Source: Minisyncoccota bacterium (GTDB taxonomy: Bacteria; Patescibacteriota; Minisyncoccia; Phycocordibacterales; UBA9973). Taken from it: a DNA stretch of 64,000 nt. Every line of letters starts with the position of its first letter. The stretch's first letter is position 1. Made by a program: the position numbers and the translations under genes. Below, piece after piece: positions 57,175 through 64,000 of the stretch. The DNA lies in assembly GCA_041664465.1 (NCBI GenBank), contig JBAYKP010000002.1, forward strand, positions 21,190 through 85,189. Reading direction: 5' to 3'. The notes beneath the pieces are model-generated. The model saw only the letters and a program-made list of their open reading frames with translations, ran no database searches and had not been told where the DNA came from.

Positions 57175-58578
57175 ATGGAAATAAAATTTTATGAAAATAA
57201 TTTATATACAGGATTAGATTTAGAAAACGATAATACGGGTAGTTCAATAGAAGCTACCGCTATTTTAGAAGGATTTAAAAAACAAAATAAAAGACACATT
57301 ACTATTTTATATTACCCAGCAGATAAAATCTTTGAAAACATTCCTAATAATTCACCTGTTGAAGTAAAAGAAAAGATAATTAAAGAAATTAATGAGCTTT
57401 TAAAAAGTTTTGAATGGAAATTTAAACCAACAGAAATTTATAAAATAGAAAAACAAGGATATTTTAGGGATTCTTCTATTTTGGAACATAGAGAATCCTA
57501 TATTAATTTAGTGGAAATGCCAGATATTGAAATTTTTTATAAAAAGCTTAATTTATTACTTAAATCTAATTTGCCTGTTCAGTTTACTCATATAACCTTA
57601 TTTACAAAAGGTGAAAGAAAGGATGCTAGCTTTTATGGTATACCAATTCCATATGTTGAAGAATTTAATAATCTTAATCCTAGAAAAATTTCTAAATTAG
57701 AATCGAATGAAAGGTTTAAGGAAATTAAAAAAATTCTTATTGGTAGTTTAAAAGAATCATATCAAACTCACGAACAATTGGCTGAAAAAGGAGAAAAATA
57801 TACACACACGATAAATAGTTCAGGAGATAGAACTTTGGTTATAGATTATGAAATTGAAGAAACAATTATTAATTTCTTTAAAAAATTAAATTTTCCAATA
57901 AAAATAATATCAGAAGAACATGGTGAAGTTAATAATATTAATAGAAATCCTAAGTATCTGGGAGTGCTTGATGGATTAGATGGATCAAGAGTATATAAAA
58001 CAGAAAGAGGTATAGGTAGGTATGGAACTATGTTCGGAATATTTGATACTTTAAATCCAAAATATAATGATTATCTTGCTAGTGGAATTATGGAACACTC
58101 AACTAATAAATTATACTTTTCTATTAAAAATAATGGTTCTTTTGTAATTGAGAAAGATAAAGAACCTGTTCAAATAAAAAGTTCAGGTCAAACAAAATTA
58201 AGTAAATCAAATAAAATTTGGATAGATGAAGAATTAATGAAGGAACCTTTTAATAACAAAGATTTAGAAAAGACAAGAGATATTTTAAAATCACATGGAT
58301 TTGAAATTAATATATCTAAAGGATCCTCGGCAATAGATTATGTTGATTTGGCCATTGGAGAAAAAGACATAGTTTTAGAATGTACCAGAAAAAATAATCT
58401 TGAAATAGCAGTAGCTTATGGGTTGGTTAAAGAATCTGGTGGTGTTATAGTTGATTTGAATGGAGATGATTTAGGAGATAAGAAATATAAAGAATTCGGA
58501 CAAAAAGATCATGTTATGGTTATAACAGCCTCAACCCCCGAACTAGTATCTGAAATGATTAATTTGCTAAAAAAATAA
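57175..58578 (+). CDS. Fusion: 2H-phosphoesterase-like N-terminus plus inositol-monophosphatase-family domain
   Basis: HITI and HITL motifs; IISEE, VLDGLDGS, GSSAID, VKESGG. Confidence 0.7.
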   Translation: MEIKFYENNLYTGLDLENDNTGSSIEATAILEGFKKQNKRHITILYYPADKIFENIPNNSPVEVKEKIIKEINELLKSFEWKFKPTEIYKIEKQGYFRDSSILEHRESYINLVEMPDIEIFYKKLNLLLKSNLPVQFTHITLFTKGERKDASFYGIPIPYVEEFNNLNPRKISKLESNERFKEIKKILIGSLKESYQTHEQLAEKGEKYTHTINSSGDRTLVIDYEIEETIINFFKKLNFPIKIISEEHGEVNNINRNPKYLGVLDGLDGSRVYKTERGIGRYGTMFGIFDTLNPKYNDYLASGIMEHSTNKLYFSIKNNGSFVIEKDKEPVQIKSSGQTKLSKSNKIWIDEELMKEPFNNKDLEKTRDILKSHGFEINISKGSSAIDYVDLAIGEKDIVLECTRKNNLEIAVAYGLVKESGGVIVDLNGDDLGDKKYKEFGQKDHVMVITASTPELVSEMINLLKK

Positions 58579-58658
58579 AGTTAATTTCTTCATCAAAAAG
58601 GTTTCAACAGCATACCAAACCACCCGCAAAAGTTTTAAATATTTGCTATAATATAACC

Positions 58659-59258
58659 ATGATAAAAGTTCTAATTTTTGATGCTGATGGGGTCCTTATA
58701 AATGGGGATATTTTTAGTAAAAGATTTTCAAAAGAATACAATATTGATATAAATAAAATAAATCCATTCTTTGATGGGCCATTTAAAGATTGCCTCGTAG
58801 GCCAGGCTGATTTGAAGGAAGTTATAGCTCCATATCTAGAAGAATGGGGCTGGAAAGACGGAGTTGATAACTTTCTAGAATACTGGTTTACCTCTGAACA
58901 TTCAATAGACCAAGAACTTATAAATTACGTACAAGAGCATAGAAAAAATGGCATTAAATGCGTAATGGCCACCAATCAAGAAAAATATAGAGCCGAATAT
59001 ATTTTCAATAAGATTGGTTTTGTAAATAGTTTTGATAAGATGTATGTTTCCGCCCATTTAGGGCACAATAAAACGAATAAAGAATTTTTTGAGAAGTTAG
59101 TGAATGATTTAGGTAGTATTGAGAAAGACGAAATTCTTTTTTGGGATGATGATATAAAGAATATAAATACTGCAAAAGAATTTGGAATAAATGCTGAATT
59201 ATATACTACTTTTGAAAATTTTAAACAAAAAATGAAAGATTATTCATTTAATAAATAA
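58659..59258 (+). CDS. HAD-superfamily phosphatase
   Basis: FDADGVL, ATNQ, K, FWDD..KN. Confidence 0.9.
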   Translation: MIKVLIFDADGVLINGDIFSKRFSKEYNIDINKINPFFDGPFKDCLVGQADLKEVIAPYLEEWGWKDGVDNFLEYWFTSEHSIDQELINYVQEHRKNGIKCVMATNQEKYRAEYIFNKIGFVNSFDKMYVSAHLGHNKTNKEFFEKLVNDLGSIEKDEILFWDDDIKNINTAKEFGINAELYTTFENFKQKMKDYSFNK

Positions 59259-59357
59259 AATTATAAACAATCGTGAGGCAAGACCTCACGATTTCTCACG
59301 GTTGCTGGTTTTTTTATAAATTAGCTTTTTTGTGCTAAAATAGCCTTATAACATTAA

Positions 59358-60626
<1,269 letters not shown>

Positions 60627-60639
60627 TATAATATAAAGT

Positions 60640-60816
60640 ATGGAAACAATACAAAATTTTTTACAAGTTATATGGGCTTCAATTCTTTTATTAGGGTGGG
60701 TGAAAGTTATTATTATTGTAGTTGCTATCGCTTTCCTGTCTAAATATCAGTACATATTAGGAATGCTCGCAGCCTTACTCTTCGTCGCATTTCTTGCACA
60801 TTGGATAGCATTTTAA
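60640..60816 (+). CDS. Small membrane protein (58 aa, not in ORF track)
   Basis: METIQNFLQVIWASILLLGW...HWIAF*; TATAAT just upstream. Confidence 0.6.
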   Translation: METIQNFLQVIWASILLLGWVKVIIIVVAIAFLSKYQYILGMLAALLFVAFLAHWIAF

Positions 60817-60831
60817 TTAAAAATTAAATAT

Positions 60832-60978
60832 ATGAAACCTCAGTTCAATACAACTTGGTTGTGGATAGCTGTTATCATCATTGGTAATATTTTCATTTTC
60901 TATTTTGTATCTCAAAAATTGGAAAGTTTTGTTTTAACCAATACAGCCAAGAAGATGATCGCTGAAGGTTTATTGTAA
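60832..60978 (+). CDS. Small single-TM protein (48 aa, not in ORF track)
   Basis: MKPQFNTTWLWIAVIIIGNIFIFYFVSQK...EGLL*; fills the gap between neighbours. Confidence 0.55.
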   Translation: MKPQFNTTWLWIAVIIIGNIFIFYFVSQKLESFVLTNTAKKMIAEGLL

Positions 60979-60983
60979 AAATA

Positions 60984-61523
60984 ATGAAAAAAGATAAGTT
61001 AACAATAGGGCAAATTATTAAAAGAGATATCTGGCGACATTTATATCGTGTTTTTCCTTGGGTCCAAAAGCATTTCTTAAAGTGGCACCTAGTCTGGCAT
61101 GAGAAAGGACGTCAGCCTTATCATATCGGGTGGCTTGCCCCAGGGAAGACATTAGAAGAACTTGAAAAGCACTTGCATACTGAATGGGGCTTCGGGAACC
61201 ATTTCGTGGCATGGCATGATAGAGGTCAAGTTCTTTCTTGGCGTAAGCTTGAAGATTTTGATAATCAGTATCATATAAGAGTTTTCAAAGATGGGGAGAT
61301 ACGAGGGCATCATGAATTCACTCCTGAAAGTAAACCATTTGATCATTTCGTAGAAATAAATGAAGAATCTCGCATGGATCAATTTAAAAAGTTTCTCGGA
61401 GATTATATCGTCCAAAGGAAATATATTTCACATTTGAAAGTAGACAAGAAAACTGCTCCAGATTCAGAAATAACTATAGACAATAGACTTGATAAAAATG
61501 GAAGAATCAAACATAAAATTTAA
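60984..61523 (+). CDS. Hypothetical protein
   Basis: 179 aa; QYHIRVF..GEIRGHHEFTPE. Confidence 0.75.
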   Translation: MKKDKLTIGQIIKRDIWRHLYRVFPWVQKHFLKWHLVWHEKGRQPYHIGWLAPGKTLEELEKHLHTEWGFGNHFVAWHDRGQVLSWRKLEDFDNQYHIRVFKDGEIRGHHEFTPESKPFDHFVEINEESRMDQFKKFLGDYIVQRKYISHLKVDKKTAPDSEITIDNRLDKNGRIKHKI

Positions 61524-61647
61524 AAACACTCCATAAAAAAATTCTCGGACTCACCACACAATAAAATTCTGCTGAATTTTTTGCTCACACTCGGCCCGTC
61601 GGCCTGCGTGAGGGTTCGCTCGAGAACATTTTTATTTTGTGTTTTTA
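61521..61647 (-). mobile_element. Structured palindromic element, copy C (between convergent genes)
   Basis: Nearly identical to 21022-21148; begins with the TAA and ends with the TTA stop codons of the two flanking genes. Confidence 0.88.
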
Positions 61648-62841
61648 TATTTTAGATTCAGGATAAATTATATCCCAGAGAGCACCGGCGACGTTGTGGG
61701 GTTTCCCTACGAGAGGGAAATGGTGAAGGTCTATAAACGGGGCGGAGTTACATTCTATGACTCCACTTCTTGGCTGGTCACGCCATGAGATGGAGACATC
61801 ATCCATTATAAAGTCTACTCCGATGAGAGGATCATTTAGAACTTTTCCAATTTTCTCAAGCATTTCTTTATTATCAGGATGGACTACATCTGTCATATCT
61901 GTGATACCACCTCCCACAGCACGGCTCGTCTTCTGGCCGAGAGTGATTATTTCTTTATCTTTCGGAATTGTATCTGCAGTCTTACCCCAGTGTGTAAGTT
62001 CTTTTATGGCTTCTTCATCTAAAGAAAGTTGGTGGAAAATTGGTCCAGCACGTAGTGGATTTTTATTTTCTATTTCAATTAAATCTTTTACATTGTGTAC
62101 TCCATCGCCTATCACGTAAGCAGGCTCACGACGAAGCACTGCGATAAGCTTGCCTCCTATTACTGTTCCTCTGAATACATATCCAGAAAGTTCTTCTTCT
62201 ATCATAACGTAAGGGGAAAGTTGGTGGGCCTTGTGGAAAGCTACCATAAACTCTTTTTCATTTTCAATATGAGTTGTCGTGTGCCTGCTTCTTGATCCTA
62301 TATTGGGCTTGGTGATGACTGGTTTACTTAAAGAATTAAATATTTTAAGAGCTTCTTTATTGCTACTCGTTATTCCACCCTTAGCTACGGGGATGCCCTC
62401 TTTCTCAAAATGCTTTTTCATTTCATTCTTATTATCCATCCATTCCAATCCTTTCGGATCATAATTCTTTGTACGAGGAAGAACATCAAAGAATCTCATT
62501 TCACCTTTATATCTTGAAATGAAAAGATCTTGACCAATTCCAAACAAATGAAATTCTTTCATATCTATGCCTCGCTTCATTGCTTCTTCCCAGAGGACTT
62601 TGGCTCTGCCACTATCCTTTTCATTCGGAGCGGTTGTGACATTCCCTAAATGCAATAGGCATAAAATTTTCACTATGATTGGACCTAGCCATTCCAGACT
62701 ATCTTCTGGAATTAATTTCGCCATCCAGTTCGTCCAAGGTTCTATAAGATTTCCTAAGAGTACAGATATATAAGCGACCCGGTGATTCACTTGCGCCCCT
62801 CCACAATCCACACAATAATTTTTCTTTTTTTGTTCTGACAT
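61645..62841 (-). CDS. ATP-grasp ligase, cyanophycin-synthetase N-domain/GshAB-like
   Basis: KP..GSR, EE...G..FR, R.PAYVIGDG, GVDFI, IECNSAP. Confidence 0.8.
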   Translation of the reverse strand: MSEQKKKNYCVDCGGAQVNHRVAYISVLLGNLIEPWTNWMAKLIPEDSLEWLGPIIVKILCLLHLGNVTTAPNEKDSGRAKVLWEEAMKRGIDMKEFHLFGIGQDLFISRYKGEMRFFDVLPRTKNYDPKGLEWMDNKNEMKKHFEKEGIPVAKGGITSSNKEALKIFNSLSKPVITKPNIGSRSRHTTTHIENEKEFMVAFHKAHQLSPYVMIEEELSGYVFRGTVIGGKLIAVLRREPAYVIGDGVHNVKDLIEIENKNPLRAGPIFHQLSLDEEAIKELTHWGKTADTIPKDKEIITLGQKTSRAVGGGITDMTDVVHPDNKEMLEKIGKVLNDPLIGVDFIMDDVSISWRDQPRSGVIECNSAPFIDLHHFPLVGKPHNVAGALWDIIYPESKI

Positions 62842-62877
62842 AAAAATATAATAACATATTTATTTTTAATATTAAAA

Positions 62878-62970
62878 ACTCTTCCGTCCTTCGGACACTT
62901 TCCCTTCGCAGGGAAGGAAGAATTCCTCGCCCCCTGCGAAGGGGGAGATGCCGGAGGCAGAGGGGGTGTT
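62878..62970. repeat. REPIN-like inverted doublet
   Basis: CTCTTCCGTCCTTCGGACACTTTCCCTTCGCAGGGAAG...CCCCCTGCGAAGGGGGAGATGCCGGAGGCAGAGGGG. Confidence 0.8.
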
Positions 62971-63644
62971 TAGTGTGCCACGGCAAATCCCAAGACTTTC
63001 TTGGCGCCGGCTTTTCTAAGAATTTTCATTATTTCTGTGATTGTGCCACCCGTCGTCGTGACGTCATCTATTATGATTATTGTTTTCCCACGTACAAGTT
63101 CTTTATTTTTAATTTCAAATGCACCTTTTATATTTTGCAAACGTTTATTCCTATTTGTTAATCTGGCTTGGGGAATTGTATTTAATTTCTTAAACACAAT
63201 ATTACTTTTAATTTGAAATATATTTCTCTCTGCCATTTTGCAAAAGTTTCTCGCAATGATTTCCGATTGATTATACCCTCTTAATTTTCTTTTATTACGA
63301 GATACTGGCACAGGTATAATGAGAATAGGAGAACCGAGAGAGAACATTTGTAAAAGATTTATTTCTTCTAAAAATGATTCATAAAGCAGTTCACCTAGTT
63401 TCTTCCCTAGGTGAGGGTGATGATAATATTTTAATTTCCAGATGGCCTTTTTCACCACCGGGTCTCTATAATCATAGACTGCCATAATATTCTCCTCTGT
63501 TGGTCGTTCGGCTAGCTGTAGCCTATCTACGCAGTTAGGGCATAATATTTCGTCTTTTATATTGCATCCTATACATCTAGAAGGGAACAATATTTCCAAA
63601 AATAAAGCCATCCATCCCCTTATGATAAATTTGGTCTTTTTCAC
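62970..63644 (-). CDS. comF: ComF family competence protein
   Basis: CIGC..CPNC, LKY, IPVP, RGYNQS, IIDDVTTTGGT. Confidence 0.92.
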   Translation of the reverse strand: MKKTKFIIRGWMALFLEILFPSRCIGCNIKDEILCPNCVDRLQLAERPTEENIMAVYDYRDPVVKKAIWKLKYYHHPHLGKKLGELLYESFLEEINLLQMFSLGSPILIIPVPVSRNKRKLRGYNQSEIIARNFCKMAERNIFQIKSNIVFKKLNTIPQARLTNRNKRLQNIKGAFEIKNKELVRGKTIIIIDDVTTTGGTITEIMKILRKAGAKKVLGFAVAH

Positions 63645-63687
63645 TTCTTAATTTTACTATATATGTGTTATACTAGGAAGTATAAAT

Positions 63688-64000
63688 ATGGATAATTCAT
63701 TTCAGAATATAATATCATCTGGGGTAGCTAGCTTATCTCAAATTTTTTCTTCGGATAAGTCCACAAAAAGTGTCTTAGGTATAGATATAGGATCTTCCGC
63801 TATCAAAGTTGTTCAATTAAAGAAGAAAGGGGGTAAAGCTGTATTAGAAACTTACGGAGCCATTGCTCTTGGACCTTATGGTAATACCGACATTGGTGCC
63901 ATTACCAATTTGCAGACAGATGACGTCGTTAAAGCATTGCTTGATGTGATCAAAGAATCCAACGTCACAGTTCGCTCGGGTGTTATCGCTATCCCGTCTT
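63688..64000 (+). CDS. pilM: Type IV pilus assembly protein PilM (partial, runs off the window)
   Basis: SVLGIDIGSSAIKVVQLKKKGGKAVLETYG. Confidence 0.85.
   Translation, partial: MDNSFQNIISSGVASLSQIFSSDKSTKSVLGIDIGSSAIKVVQLKKKGGKAVLETYGAIALGPYGNTDIGAITNLQTDDVVKALLDVIKESNVTVRSGVIAIPS

Overview
AT-rich bacterial chromosome segment using the standard genetic code, most consistent with a Patescibacteria/CPR (Parcubacteria-like) genome; this taxonomy is inferred from the missing rpmD, few Shine-Dalgarno sites, many leaderless genes, a stand-alone VirD4-like ATPase and comF/pilM. It holds the S10-spc-secY-adk-map ribosomal cluster, interrupted three times by accessory DNA (dgkA plus pyrC/D/E/F; three small genes; pyrH plus two Cys-rich paralogues). 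It also holds infC-rpmI-rplT, truB, a phosphohexomutase, a 12-kb CsoR-controlled copper/thiol island, smpB-tmRNA, ftsH, recG, three tRNAs (Ile-UAU, Ser-GCU and a rare Ser-ACU), a tRNA-linked accessory island, eno, comF and pilM. The main unexplained signal is a family of ~125-nt structured palindromic elements in five copies. They share a covarying two-hairpin core but have copy-specific outer stems. Two copies sit in frame inside recG and the phosphohexomutase gene and add ~41-43 aa, like Rickettsia palindromic elements; two others start on a stop codon. A second candidate insert lies in truB. Other notable items: three Cys-rich paralogues with conserved ends, divergent middles and a sharp codon-usage break, each preceded by a GC-rich hairpin; a 6S-like rod RNA; and an unusually long tmRNA tag. 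No CRISPR array, integrase, transposase or reverse transcriptase is visible.
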